64,000 nt of DNA from an uncultured Clostridia bacterium (GTDB lineage Bacteria > Bacillota_I > Bacilli_A > RF39 > UBA660), in contig CAMVCF010000001.1 in assembly GCA_947165945.1 (NCBI GenBank), positions 957 through 64,956 of the forward strand, written 5' to 3'. Below are positions 28,350 through 38,907 of this stretch, one piece after another. A program made the translations under genes and the position numbers. The number at the start of each line of letters is the position of its first letter. Position 1 is the stretch's first letter. The notes beneath the pieces are model-generated. The model did not search any database, had not been told where the DNA came from, and saw nothing but the letters and a program-made list of their open reading frames with translations.

Positions 28350-28552
28350 TCGTTGTTAATTTAGATGTTATGATGGCAAAAAGAAAAATTAGTTTAAATG
28401 AATTAAGCAAAAAAACAAGTATTACTACTACTAATCTTTCTATTTTAAAAAACAATAAAGCTCGTGCAATACGATTTTCAACTCTTGATGTAATATGCAA
28501 AGTTTTAGACTGTGAACCTAAAGATATACTAGAATATAAGGAGGATTTATGA
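28346..28552 (+). CDS. YozG-like Cro/C1-type HTH transcriptional regulator
   Basis: MIVVNLDVMMAKRKISLNELSKKTSITTTNLSILKNNKARAIRFSTLDVICKVLDCEPKDIL. Confidence 0.75.
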   Translation: MIVVNLDVMMAKRKISLNELSKKTSITTTNLSILKNNKARAIRFSTLDVICKVLDCEPKDILEYKEDL

Positions 28553-29796
28553 ATGATTTTAAAGAATTAAAAGAAAACTATTTAAAATATGATCTAAAGT
28601 ATTTTACTATCTCATCAATTATATCAACAATACTAATTACTATTTTTTATAACTTAAATATTGATTTTTATTTAAAAAGCTTTATTATTCCAACTTTAAT
28701 TGTTTTAATAACTTATATTGTTAATATAAAGCATAACAAATTAGAAAAGAATAAAATAAGCTATTATTTATTAATACCAATTATGCTTATAATTTTAAAT
28801 TCATTTATATTTAAAGTTGACTTTAGTAATAAATTTTTAAATATACTTATACTACCTATAATAATTACTTGTTTATTACTATATCTTTTAAATAAGAATT
28901 TTAAATTTAAAATTAAAACATTTATTATTTTTATAGAAGATACTCTTAATAATTTATTTCCTAATTTAAATAATATTAATAAATTATTTAAAGAAAAATC
29001 TAAAAATAAAAATATTATTCAAATTATTATAGGTCTTTTAATAGGTATTCCTATTTGTATAATACTACTTTCTCTTCTTTCAAGTGCAGATATGTATTTT
29101 AATTATTTTATAGGAAGTATTTTAGATAAAGTTTTAGACTTATTAAATATAGAATTTATTTGGAAGAATATATTTGTAATATCAATTTCATTTATATTAA
29201 CTTTTTCAATTTTTATTAATTATATGTTAAAAAGAGATATTGATGTAACTAAAACAAAGTTATTAAATATCTCAAGTTCAAGTATTTCAACTATTTTAAT
29301 TTTAATAAACCTTGTATATTTATTATTTTTATTTGTTGAAATTTCTAAATTAACAACTAACTTTTTACATTTACCAGCTCTTTATACTTATTCAGAATAT
29401 GCAAGGGAAGGATTTTTTCAATTATTATTTATTACATGTATAAATTTTATTATAACTTTATTTATACTTTATAAAACTAATTTAGAAAATAATAAAATAA
29501 TTAAAACTTTACTACTTATATTAATATCTTTATCTATCGTTTTAATTTTTAATTCCTATTATAGAATGATTCTTTATATAAGTGCTTATACATTTACTAT
29601 ATTAAGACTTCAAGTTATACTATTCTTATTTCTAGAACTTATTTTATTTATTTTATTAATTAAAAAAATAGTAAAAGACTTAAAACATAATAATTTTAAA
29701 TTATTTAGTATTATTGCTTTAATTATTTATATAATTAACTTATATTTATGTAATGATATAGTAATTGATTTTATAAATAAATTAATAACAAAATAG
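28549..29796 (+). CDS. Polytopic membrane protein (415 aa), third gene of the HTH operon
   Basis: About 10 predicted TM segments. Start overlaps the HTH stop (ATGA). Confidence 0.45.
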   Translation: MNDFKELKENYLKYDLKYFTISSIISTILITIFYNLNIDFYLKSFIIPTLIVLITYIVNIKHNKLEKNKISYYLLIPIMLIILNSFIFKVDFSNKFLNILILPIIITCLLLYLLNKNFKFKIKTFIIFIEDTLNNLFPNLNNINKLFKEKSKNKNIIQIIIGLLIGIPICIILLSLLSSADMYFNYFIGSILDKVLDLLNIEFIWKNIFVISISFILTFSIFINYMLKRDIDVTKTKLLNISSSSISTILILINLVYLLFLFVEISKLTTNFLHLPALYTYSEYAREGFFQLLFITCINFIITLFILYKTNLENNKIIKTLLLILISLSIVLIFNSYYRMILYISAYTFTILRLQVILFLFLELILFILLIKKIVKDLKHNNFKLFSIIALIIYIINLYLCNDIVIDFINKLITK

Positions 29797-29808
29797 TATA
29801 AAAGAATT

Positions 29809-30663
29809 CTAATTTTTTAGAATTCTTTTTATATTTAAAGATGCATCATAATATTCATTTTTACTATATTCTTTATTTCTTTCTGATGCATATTTAATAG
29901 CATCTTTAATACTACAATTCTCTTTAATTAAAATATCAATTAAAATAGCTTCAGCACTTGTATTAGGTTTTTCTTTTTCACTTTCTTTATTTTTAGAAAC
30001 AATTATAACATATTCCCCTAACTCATAGTTTTTATTTTCAAGAATACTTTTTAAAACTTCACTAGTGTTTCCATAATATTTTCTTTCAAATTTTTTGGTT
30101 AAATCATTTAAAACTATAATATAAGGATTATCCATTACTTCATTAATATTATTCAAAGTATCTATAATTCTTTTTGGTGATTCATAGAATACTACTATTT
30201 CAAGATCATTTTTCTTTATTTTTTCTAGTTCTTTTCTTTGTTGACTATTTTTTCTTTCCAAAAATCCATAAAAAGCAAAATTATTAATAGATAATCCTGA
30301 TAAAGTTAAAGCACTTATAACAGCACTAGGACCAGGTATAGTATATATTTCAATATTTTCTTTTATTGCAAAATTTACAACTATACTACCTGGATCTGAT
30401 ATACAAGGACTTCCTGCATCTGTAATAAGTGCAATATTTTGTCCACCTTTTAAAAGATCAATTACTTCACGACTTCTATCTATTTCATTAAATTTATGAT
30501 AAGACATAAGCTTATTAGTTATACCTAACATGGTTAATAAATGACTTGAATTTCTTGTATCTTCACATAAAATTAAATCAACTGATTTTAATACATCAAC
30601 TGCTCTTTCAGAAATATCTTTGACATTTCCAATTGGAGTTGCAACAATATATAATATTCCCAT
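29809..30663 (-). CDS. rsmI: 16S rRNA (cytidine1402-2'-O)-methyltransferase
   Basis: MGILYIVATPIGNVKDISERAVDVLKSVDLILCEDTR. Confidence 0.88.
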   Translation of the reverse strand: MGILYIVATPIGNVKDISERAVDVLKSVDLILCEDTRNSSHLLTMLGITNKLMSYHKFNEIDRSREVIDLLKGGQNIALITDAGSPCISDPGSIVVNFAIKENIEIYTIPGPSAVISALTLSGLSINNFAFYGFLERKNSQQRKELEKIKKNDLEIVVFYESPKRIIDTLNNINEVMDNPYIIVLNDLTKKFERKYYGNTSEVLKSILENKNYELGEYVIIVSKNKESEKEKPNTSAEAILIDILIKENCSIKDAIKYASERNKEYSKNEYYDASLNIKRILKN

Positions 30664-30750
30664 CTAATACCTCTCTCAATAACAATATTGTAGTCTTTTT
30701 CATGTTTTTTTTCAATCAAATTAATTGAAAAAGACAATATTTCTATTGCC

Positions 30751-33700
30751 TTATACTCTTTTTACGTCTAAATAAACTTCTATTCCATTTAAATTAGTAA
30801 CTTCATCAACCATTCTTTCAGATATAATAGAATCACATAAAGTTTCCTTCTTTATTATTTCAATATAATCTTTTAATTTATCCATTAACTTATCTTCAGT
30901 ATAATAATAAATATAAATTCTATCTGTAATATTAAAGTTTTTAAGTTTTCTTAATTGTTGAACTTTACTAATAAGTTCCCTGGCAATTCCTTCATTTATT
31001 AATTCTTCATTTAAAGTTGTATTTAAAATAATAAATAAATTATTGTTAATTGCTGTATTATACCCAGGTTTTGAGTTAACTCTTATATCAAGCATTTCTT
31101 TATTTAATTCATATTCCACATCATTTAATTTAATAGTTATAACTTCATCATTATCAAGTTTTTTAATATCTTCATTAGAAATGGTTTTTAAATACTCCGT
31201 TAAAGCTTTAATATTTGATCCAAATACTTTTCCACATACCTTAAAGTTTGGTTTAATTTCAAATTTAATATAAGAATCTAAATTATTTTCAAATTTAATA
31301 CTTTTAACATTTAATTCTTCTTCAATTAAACTAGTTAAATCTCCTATGACATTTTTAATTTTAGAATCAAGTATGATTTCACTAATAGGCTGACGAACTT
31401 TTATTTTTACATCTTCTCTAACTTTTCTTCCCATTGAAATAAGATCACGAACAGTATCCATCTTTTCTTCAATTTTTAAATTAATTAATTCTTCATTATA
31501 TTTAGGAAAATCACTTAAATGAACACTTTCTTCATCAGTTAACTTTGTATACAAGTTTTCAGCTGTAAATGGCACAATTGGAGCAATCATTTTGGATAGT
31601 CCAACAAGTACATCATATGTTGTTTTATAAACAGCCTTTTTACTATCATCTATCTCACTTCCCCAAAAACGATTTCTATTTCGTCTTACATACCAATTTG
31701 ATAAATCATCAGATACAAATGTTACTAAAGCACGAACTACTTTATTTAAATCATATTCATCATATGACTCTGTTACATATTTAAGTAACTTATTATATTT
31801 AGATAATAACCATTTATCAATTTCCTCGAGAGATTCATATTTTACTTCATAATTTCTTGGATCTATATTATCAATATTTGCATATGTTTCAAAGAATGTA
31901 TATGTATTTAAAAGAGGATTAAAGAATTTAGAATGAACTTCTTTTAAGCCTTCTTCATCAAACTTCAAAGGAGTCCAGACAGGACTTACATATGGAAGAT
32001 AAAAGCGAACAGTATCTGCTCCATATTTTTCAATTGTTGTAAATGGTTCAACAATGTTTCCTTTTGATTTAGACATTTTTTTACCTTCTTTATCAAGAAG
32101 TAAGTCATTTACCAATACATTTTTATATGGAGATACCCCTTTTAAGAAAACTGAAATTACTAAAAGTGAATAGAACCATCCTCTTGTTTGATCAATTCCT
32201 TCTGATATAAAGTCAGCTGGAAATTGAGATTCCCATAGTTCATTATTTTCAAATGGATAATGATATTGTGCAAATGGCATCGAACCAGAATCAAACCAAC
32301 AATCAATTACATCCTTGACTCTTGACATAGTTTTTCCACATTTAGGACATTTAATATGTACATCATCAACATATGGACGATGAAGTTCAATTGTCTCATC
32401 AATATCTTCTATTGCTAGATCAACTAATTCTTTGCGAGATCCAATCATCATATCAAATCCACATTCACATCTCCATAAAGGAAGAGGTGTACCCCAATAT
32501 CTACTTCTAGATATTGCCCAGTCATTTAAATTTTCAAGCCAATTACCAAATCTTTTCTCCCCAACATATTCTGGATACCAATTGACTTTCTTATTAGCTT
32601 CAATTATTTTATCTTTAATCTTAGTTACTTCTAAATAAAAACTTGGTTTTGAATAATATAGTAAAGGTGTTGAACATCTCCAACAGTGAGGATAATTATG
32701 CATCATCTTTTGCTTTTTAAATAATTTATCATTTTCCTTTAAATATTTAATAACTTCCAAATCAGCTTCAAATACACTCATTCCTTTCCATAAACCTTCC
32801 GTATATTTTCCATCTTCACCAACTGGATTTAAATAAGGTAAGTTATATTTCTTTCCAACTTTAGAGTCATCTTCTCCAAATGCTGGCGCTATATGAACAA
32901 TTCCGGTTCCATCTTCCATAGTAACATAAGAGTCACATGTTACGAAAAATGCTTTTTTATTTACTTCAAGACTTGGAATAAGTTGTTCATACTCAATATA
33001 TTCAAGATCTTTTCCTTTATACTTTTCTAGTATTTTATAATCATCCCCTAAGACCTTATTTACAAGTGATGCTGCAAGAATAAATTTATATCCAAGGCTT
33101 TCAACTTTCACATAATCTTCCTTTGGATTTACACATAACGCAACATTTGATATTAATGTCCATGGAGTTGTCGTCCATACTAAAAAGTATACATCTTCAT
33201 CTTTTTTCTTAAATGGAACAATAACTGTTTGAGCTTCTATTTCTTTATATCCTTGAGCAACTTCATGAGAAGCAAGTCCTGTTCCACATCTTGTACAATA
33301 TGGTACAATCTTAACTCCTTCATAAAATAATCCTTCATCAAAGAATTTCTTTAAAATATACCATTCTGTCTCAATATAATTATTATCATATGTAACATAT
33401 GGATGTTTAAGATCAATAAATTGACCCATCTTTGTTGTTAAATCTGAAAAAGCTTTTTCATTTTTCCAAACTATTTCACGACATTTTTCATTAAACTCTT
33501 TAACACCATATTTTTCAATATCACCTTTTCCTGTAAATCCCAAAGTTTTTTCAACTTCTACTTCTACAGGTAACCCATGAGTATCCCATCCTACTTTTCT
33601 TAATACTTTGTAGCCTTGCATAGTTTTGTATTTACAAAAACTATCTTTTAGAAATTTAGCAACCATATGGTGAAGTCCTGGAAATCCATTTGCTGTTGCT

Positions 33701-33831
33701 GGACCATCATAAAAAACAAAGGTATCTTTCTTATTTTCTAAAGAACGAGATAAAATATCCATTTTTTCCCAACGATCTGAAATATTACTTTCTACAATAC
33801 TAGTTTTTTCATTCTCTAATTTTTTAAACAT
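30751..33831 (-). CDS. ileS: Isoleucine--tRNA ligase, type 2 (eukaryote/archaeal-like)
   Basis: 1026 aa with GPATANGFPGLHHM (HIGH region) and KMSKSKGN. The length and C-terminal architecture indicate type 2. Confidence 0.93.
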   Translation of the reverse strand: MFKKLENEKTSIVESNISDRWEKMDILSRSLENKKDTFVFYDGPATANGFPGLHHMVAKFLKDSFCKYKTMQGYKVLRKVGWDTHGLPVEVEVEKTLGFTGKGDIEKYGVKEFNEKCREIVWKNEKAFSDLTTKMGQFIDLKHPYVTYDNNYIETEWYILKKFFDEGLFYEGVKIVPYCTRCGTGLASHEVAQGYKEIEAQTVIVPFKKKDEDVYFLVWTTTPWTLISNVALCVNPKEDYVKVESLGYKFILAASLVNKVLGDDYKILEKYKGKDLEYIEYEQLIPSLEVNKKAFFVTCDSYVTMEDGTGIVHIAPAFGEDDSKVGKKYNLPYLNPVGEDGKYTEGLWKGMSVFEADLEVIKYLKENDKLFKKQKMMHNYPHCWRCSTPLLYYSKPSFYLEVTKIKDKIIEANKKVNWYPEYVGEKRFGNWLENLNDWAISRSRYWGTPLPLWRCECGFDMMIGSRKELVDLAIEDIDETIELHRPYVDDVHIKCPKCGKTMSRVKDVIDCWFDSGSMPFAQYHYPFENNELWESQFPADFISEGIDQTRGWFYSLLVISVFLKGVSPYKNVLVNDLLLDKEGKKMSKSKGNIVEPFTTIEKYGADTVRFYLPYVSPVWTPLKFDEEGLKEVHSKFFNPLLNTYTFFETYANIDNIDPRNYEVKYESLEEIDKWLLSKYNKLLKYVTESYDEYDLNKVVRALVTFVSDDLSNWYVRRNRNRFWGSEIDDSKKAVYKTTYDVLVGLSKMIAPIVPFTAENLYTKLTDEESVHLSDFPKYNEELINLKIEEKMDTVRDLISMGRKVREDVKIKVRQPISEIILDSKIKNVIGDLTSLIEEELNVKSIKFENNLDSYIKFEIKPNFKVCGKVFGSNIKALTEYLKTISNEDIKKLDNDEVITIKLNDVEYELNKEMLDIRVNSKPGYNTAINNNLFIILNTTLNEELINEGIARELISKVQQLRKLKNFNITDRIYIYYYTEDKLMDKLKDYIEIIKKETLCDSIISERMVDEVTNLNGIEVYLDVKRV

Positions 33832-33837
33832 ATTTCC

Positions 33838-34075
33838 TCCTATAATATAAAAACACAGTACTCGAAAGGACGAAATACCGTGTTACCACCTTAATTTAGT
33901 TTAATTAAACTCTCAATTATTATAACGCATTACCGTATTTATCTTATCCATAAATAGCACTTGAAAGTGATCTAAATATATTTGTTTTATTTACTTTTCA
34001 CCAACCGTAAACTCTCTTAAAAACTCTTATATTCCGTCTTTCGCACTTGCTTATGTATTAAATAATAACATTATA
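33838..34075 (-). promoter_or_regulatory. T-box riboswitch leader of ileS
   Basis: The minus strand contains AGAGA in stem I, the T-box consensus AATTAAGGTGGTAACACGG, and an overlapping terminator ACACGGTATTTCGTCC...GAGTACTGTGT followed by a T-run immediately before the RBS. Confidence 0.7.
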
Positions 34076-34115
34076 TTCCAATAAAATCAAGTAATTTATT
34101 ATATTTTCTAAGATT

Positions 34116-35612
34116 TTATCCAATATTTGATATTTCAATAGTTGAAATTGTACTATTTAATGCTTGATCCATTACATAAACTGTATAAGTTCCATTTTCA
34201 GTAACTCTTATTTGATTTTTGTTAATAGTTGTTCCATTACTTTCAAAATATTCTTTATTTTGATTTCCTTTAGCATATTTTATAGCTACAATATCACTGT
34301 CATCAGTTGCTTCTATATTTATAAGATAAAAGTTATTTAAAATTGCATCTCCATATACTCTTAAATTACGTATTTTAGTAGTTGGTTTACTAAATGATGC
34401 ACTAATTAAATAGGTAAGTTTAATATTTTTTATACTTTCACCATATCTTTCATTTAAAGATGATGAAATATTTCTACCACTATACCAATTAAGATCATTT
34501 TGCCATTGATTAATTTCTCCACTCAATCCAAATCCATTAGAGGTTCTTCCCTTACTATTGGAAACTGCATTTCTTGATGCATCAAAGTATTGAGCATTCC
34601 AATAAAATCCTCCATCTTCTGATCCAGATAAAGCTGTTGTTGTATATCCATCAAATACTGTATACCAAAATCCGCCATTTACATTTATATAATCAGATTC
34701 TGCTTTTGATGTTGATTGTGACATTACTAATACTCCATCTTCAACCGTTGAATTTGTAAGAGTCCAGTTATTAAAGTTTTGTTCTAGATAAGTTTCTTTT
34801 GATAAAGAGAGAACTGGTGCAACATTATCTTGTTCCCATTTAGCATATAATGTACTATCAATTTGTAAATTATAGTTAGTCGCACTTTCTACTTTATTTG
34901 TATATGTATCTTCTAAATACCATCCTACAAATCTATATCCAGCTTTTGTTGGAGTTGGTAACTCGCCATATGAACGATTATAATTAACTTGTTTTTCAAT
35001 AGGTGTTACATTTCCACCATCTGTATTAAAAGTTATAGTATATTGTTTATCAGCTATTATATCAAAGCTTTCTCCTTCAGCTTTTACATAAGCTTTAAAT
35101 ACTTTATTTGGCTCCTCATAATAATAATCTATCCAAAAATACAATTTACAACTAATTACTTGATTTGATTCAAATTCTTCTATTTCATATAATACTAGAT
35201 CATCTTCATGAACATAATCTTTCTTTTTTAAAGTATCATTTATATACAATGCGTATCTTACTGCTCCTAAATTTATTTTTTTATTAGACGGTATTGTATC
35301 ATCTAATTCAAGTGATATTTTAGCATTAATTGGTACTAAACTTGTATTTTCTAAAGTAAATGTATATGGAGTGCTTTCAAGTCCTATTTCGTCTATAACT
35401 GGAACAGCATTTGTTAAATCTATAATATTTTCTCCTTCAGTAAATTTTAATGAAATTAATCCTGTTTTTAAAACATTATCTCTTGAATCCTTATAGACAT
35501 ATACAAAATAAACTGCAGCTAGAGTTAGTCCTAATCCAAAAATTATTGTTAATACTAATGGTATTATTTTCATTTTCTTTTTATTTTTTCTTATTAACTC
35601 ATCGTTTTCCAT
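34116..35612 (-). CDS. Membrane-anchored surface protein: TasA-like N-domain plus Listeria-Bacteroides (Flg_new) repeat plus C-terminal domain
   Basis: The N-terminus resembles that of the LRR protein (…KTGLISLKFTEGENIIDLTNAVP…). YTITFNTDGGNVTPIE...GYRFVGWY is the Flg_new repeat. Confidence 0.6.
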   Translation of the reverse strand: MENDELIRKNKKKMKIIPLVLTIIFGLGLTLAAVYFVYVYKDSRDNVLKTGLISLKFTEGENIIDLTNAVPVIDEIGLESTPYTFTLENTSLVPINAKISLELDDTIPSNKKINLGAVRYALYINDTLKKKDYVHEDDLVLYEIEEFESNQVISCKLYFWIDYYYEEPNKVFKAYVKAEGESFDIIADKQYTITFNTDGGNVTPIEKQVNYNRSYGELPTPTKAGYRFVGWYLEDTYTNKVESATNYNLQIDSTLYAKWEQDNVAPVLSLSKETYLEQNFNNWTLTNSTVEDGVLVMSQSTSKAESDYINVNGGFWYTVFDGYTTTALSGSEDGGFYWNAQYFDASRNAVSNSKGRTSNGFGLSGEINQWQNDLNWYSGRNISSSLNERYGESIKNIKLTYLISASFSKPTTKIRNLRVYGDAILNNFYLINIEATDDSDIVAIKYAKGNQNKEYFESNGTTINKNQIRVTENGTYTVYVMDQALNSTISTIEISNIG

Positions 35613-35683
35613 ATATACACTCCTATTATTTACTAAAATTATTCTACCAAATTTTTAATTAATTTTCAAGACTTATATTTTTT

Positions 35684-36694
35684 TTATTTACTTGGCATTA
35701 GACCAAACCCTGTTACAACTCTTCTTCCACCTGAAACAGTTTGACCAAATACATTTTTTGGATTATTAATAAGTTTTCCATTTACAACCATTTGAGCACT
35801 TGTTCCACCATCAAGGTTTGCAGCATTATAAGCTCCATATAATTCTAAAGTATCAATAACTTCTTTCATAGTAGGACCACTTCCATGAGTTCCTTCTGTT
35901 GCAAGGAATAAAATAACTCCATCCTTTCTTTGAGCAATAGCAACTCGAGCTGCTCGATCATATCCTCCTGCACTTGTTGTATATTTAATACTTTCACCAT
36001 TTAATATTAAAAATGGTCCAAATTGTATTCCATCACGAATTCCCATAGCAACGGCTTCTTCTCCTGTTGCATTTACTAAAGCTAATTTATGATCATTTGT
36101 AATTCCAATAATATCATGACGATCATTATTTTCTGCAAAGACAACTTCTCCATCTTTAATAACATATCCATCCGGAATATCACTTCCCCAGCCATCTGGA
36201 TCTTTAAATCCTCCACCATTTATACAAACAATGCCACCAACTCTTTTACACATTTTAAGAACAGTTTCTTGACCATTCCCTTTACTAAATGATTTAATTG
36301 TTAAAAGCTTTACATTTTCTGGATGGTAAATGGCAATTAAATGCGCATTATATTTTCCAACTTTTACCTTTAAATATTTATAATCATCATTTCCATTTTC
36401 TCTTTTTAAAATTGCTTCATCATATTCATTGTCATAACTTTTCTTTTCTGATGTATCAATTACAATTGCATCTAAATCCATTTTACCTGATACTGGAATA
36501 AATTTATTTAAATCAAGAATACCTTGAACTGTATCTTCATCATAAAAAGTATAAGCAATATATTGATGTGTCTTAGTAATCATAGCTGTATTTACAATTG
36601 TATTTCTAAAGTCTTCATTTGGACCATAAAAAAGATAAAAGCAACCTATTGCAATTAAATCAATAACCAAGAATAGTATTGTTGTTTTTCGCAT
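35684..36694 (-). CDS. Phosphodiester glycosidase (NAGPA/DUF2233) family protein
   Basis: CINGGGF...GPFLILNG...RVAIAQRKDGVILFL...NLDGGTSAQMVV. Confidence 0.6.
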   Translation of the reverse strand: MRKTTILFLVIDLIAIGCFYLFYGPNEDFRNTIVNTAMITKTHQYIAYTFYDEDTVQGILDLNKFIPVSGKMDLDAIVIDTSEKKSYDNEYDEAILKRENGNDDYKYLKVKVGKYNAHLIAIYHPENVKLLTIKSFSKGNGQETVLKMCKRVGGIVCINGGGFKDPDGWGSDIPDGYVIKDGEVVFAENNDRHDIIGITNDHKLALVNATGEEAVAMGIRDGIQFGPFLILNGESIKYTTSAGGYDRAARVAIAQRKDGVILFLATEGTHGSGPTMKEVIDTLELYGAYNAANLDGGTSAQMVVNGKLINNPKNVFGQTVSGGRRVVTGFGLMPSK

Positions 36695-36695
36695 C

Positions 36696-37961
36696 TTAAT
36701 CCTCCACTTTTATAATAAATGGTGCATATTTTGATCCATTTCCACTTATTATTTCTAAATCTTTTTTTATTCCTAGAGAAATTCTTATATTTCTTTTAGT
36801 ATTAGGATCGCTTTTTAAAATACTACCATTATAAACTTGTACTAAATTATTATCTTTATCACTTAAATAATAATTGTTAAGAGAACTATTAAACTTAAGA
36901 TCATTACTATTTAATATTCCAATTGATGATATATATCCATCAAACTTAACTTCTTTTAAAAGTTTCTTAAAAGATAATTTTTCTAAATAAGTATTTTCTA
37001 AATATTTTTTTAATGAAGAATTAGTATAATCACTAGAAGATTTATCAAATAATTCTTTATTTTGTAATACTTTATTACTTTCTACTTTATAGTAATCTTC
37101 TCCAACTTCATAAACTGTATAGATATTATCATCTATATCTAAATAAGTACCTACTTTTATATCTTTATTTCCAAGTTCTACAATATAAGGATTTTCAAAA
37201 CTTCCATCACCATTTAAATAAACTGTTGAATTTTTTAAAGTTACAACAACTTTAATTCCATAACTATTATTTGGACTACTATTAGCTAAATAACTTCCTG
37301 TTGTATGCCAAACATTTTTTTCTCCACTATTATATAACCAAATATATTCATTACCTGAATTCATATAAGTTTTATCATTATTTAAGCTATTCAAATAATC
37401 ATTAATTCCAAGTAATCTAATATAATTATCACTATTTGTTTCATTACAACTTATTTCAGATAATTCATGAATTATATCAGTACAATATGATGTTTTAACT
37501 AGTTTTTCTTGATCTAAGATAGGTAAAATCTTACTTTCTATATAACTTTTTATATTTGATTTATCATAAGTTGTAATTGTTTCATTCCAAGGTATACGAT
37601 TAATATATTCATCAAGAACTAAATCAATTGATTTATCAACATTAATACGAATTATTCTAAATAATAATTGATCAAGTAAAAGATAATTATTGACATTTTT
37701 TCCTTTATAAACATAATTACCATTTATTTCATATAATCCATCATTTTCTTCTTCTATCTTTTCACTTTCAATTATTTTAGATGATAAATTTAATAAAACT
37801 TCTCCTGTTTCTGTTTTAGGATTATATATTTTATAATACTTAATTAATCTATTTCCATAATATATAAAACAACCTAGAATAAAAACCAAACTCACTAGAC
37901 AAAATAAAGTTTGTATTTTAGGTAAAAATATTTTTTTTCTACGTCTTCTTTTCTTTACCAT
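36696..37961 (-). CDS. Hypothetical membrane-anchored extracellular protein (421 aa)
   Basis: Arg/Lys-rich N-terminus plus TM. Translationally coupled to the downstream glycosidase gene. Confidence 0.45.
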   Translation of the reverse strand: MVKKRRRRKKIFLPKIQTLFCLVSLVFILGCFIYYGNRLIKYYKIYNPKTETGEVLLNLSSKIIESEKIEEENDGLYEINGNYVYKGKNVNNYLLLDQLLFRIIRINVDKSIDLVLDEYINRIPWNETITTYDKSNIKSYIESKILPILDQEKLVKTSYCTDIIHELSEISCNETNSDNYIRLLGINDYLNSLNNDKTYMNSGNEYIWLYNSGEKNVWHTTGSYLANSSPNNSYGIKVVVTLKNSTVYLNGDGSFENPYIVELGNKDIKVGTYLDIDDNIYTVYEVGEDYYKVESNKVLQNKELFDKSSSDYTNSSLKKYLENTYLEKLSFKKLLKEVKFDGYISSIGILNSNDLKFNSSLNNYYLSDKDNNLVQVYNGSILKSDPNTKRNIRISLGIKKDLEIISGNGSKYAPFIIKVED

Positions 37962-38074
37962 AACTTACTCCTTTTATTCCAATAATTAGATTATACAAAA
38001 ATATTTAATTTAATTCAATATTTTTAAGAGTTAAATCAATAAATATGTCATATTTTGTCAAATTTTAAAAAAAA

Positions 38075-38100
38075 CAGATATTGCTATCTGTATTTAAATA
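38075..38100 (-). terminator. Terminator downstream of the P-II-like gene
   Basis: acagata-ttgc-tatctgt hairpin followed by T8 on the minus strand. Confidence 0.45.
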
Positions 38101-38265
38101 TCTTAAATTACTTCAAGTGTGAGTTAAGTAATTTAATCTATTTACTTATCATGGACTCAAACTTAGTATACTATAAATATTCATTTTTATCAATCAAACA
38201 AATGATCTTTTTATATTTTGACATTTTTCTTGACAATTTTTCTTTATTTAAATTGTTATTTCTAA

Positions 38266-38907
38266 TCAATTAATACTATCTTGTAAACCAATTACATTAT
38301 CAAGAGGAATACTTATTAAAACACCTCTTGCATTAGTTTTAATTCCACATTCTTCAGTAATTTTTTCCATAACATCCTTTTTAATATCACTTTTAACAAT
38401 ATTTAAAACCATTTCTTTTTCAGGTTCTAAGGAAAAATCCATAAAAATAGTTCCATGACTGCCAACACTTCTTCCTTTAATAACCGTACCACCCATACAC
38501 CCTTTAGAATGAGCTGATTTCATTACTAAATCACTATAACCATCACTTACAATTGTAATAATTAATTCATAATCACCTTTTCTTGGCATATTCAACTTTT
38601 CCTTTCCTAAATTATCTTTTATAAATTTACTAGAACTTGATAAACTTATAGTAAAAGCAATTCCTTTTCCATTGTTTTCTAATTTACACCAATTTTTTAA
38701 ATCTTTCAAAATACTTTCTTCTAAACTTTCATCTATAAGAAGATAATAAATTTGTCTTTTTACTTTATTAAGTCCTAAATATTCTAAAATATTGCTACTT
38801 GCTGTTCCATCTCCCTTGGACATTACTTTATATCCTAAGTTATACTTTTGAAATAATAATTTCAATATTTTTTCATTATTATAAATAATAACCAATAATT
38901 TAATCAT
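38266..38907 (-). CDS. Tandem P-II (GlnB)-like domain protein
   Basis: Two roughly 100-aa halves with P-II-like beta-alpha-beta patterns, e.g. ELIITIVSDGYSDLVMKSAHSKGCMGGTVIKGRSVG. Overlaps the upstream membrane gene. Confidence 0.4.
   Translation of the reverse strand: MIKLLVIIYNNEKILKLLFQKYNLGYKVMSKGDGTASSNILEYLGLNKVKRQIYYLLIDESLEESILKDLKNWCKLENNGKGIAFTISLSSSSKFIKDNLGKEKLNMPRKGDYELIITIVSDGYSDLVMKSAHSKGCMGGTVIKGRSVGSHGTIFMDFSLEPEKEMVLNIVKSDIKKDVMEKITEECGIKTNARGVLISIPLDNVIGLQDSIN

Noticed and set aside
38055-38273. 72-aa + ORF between operons
   Set aside because: Lies in an AT-rich intergenic region containing a terminator hairpin for the minus-strand operon; no RBS; low complexity.
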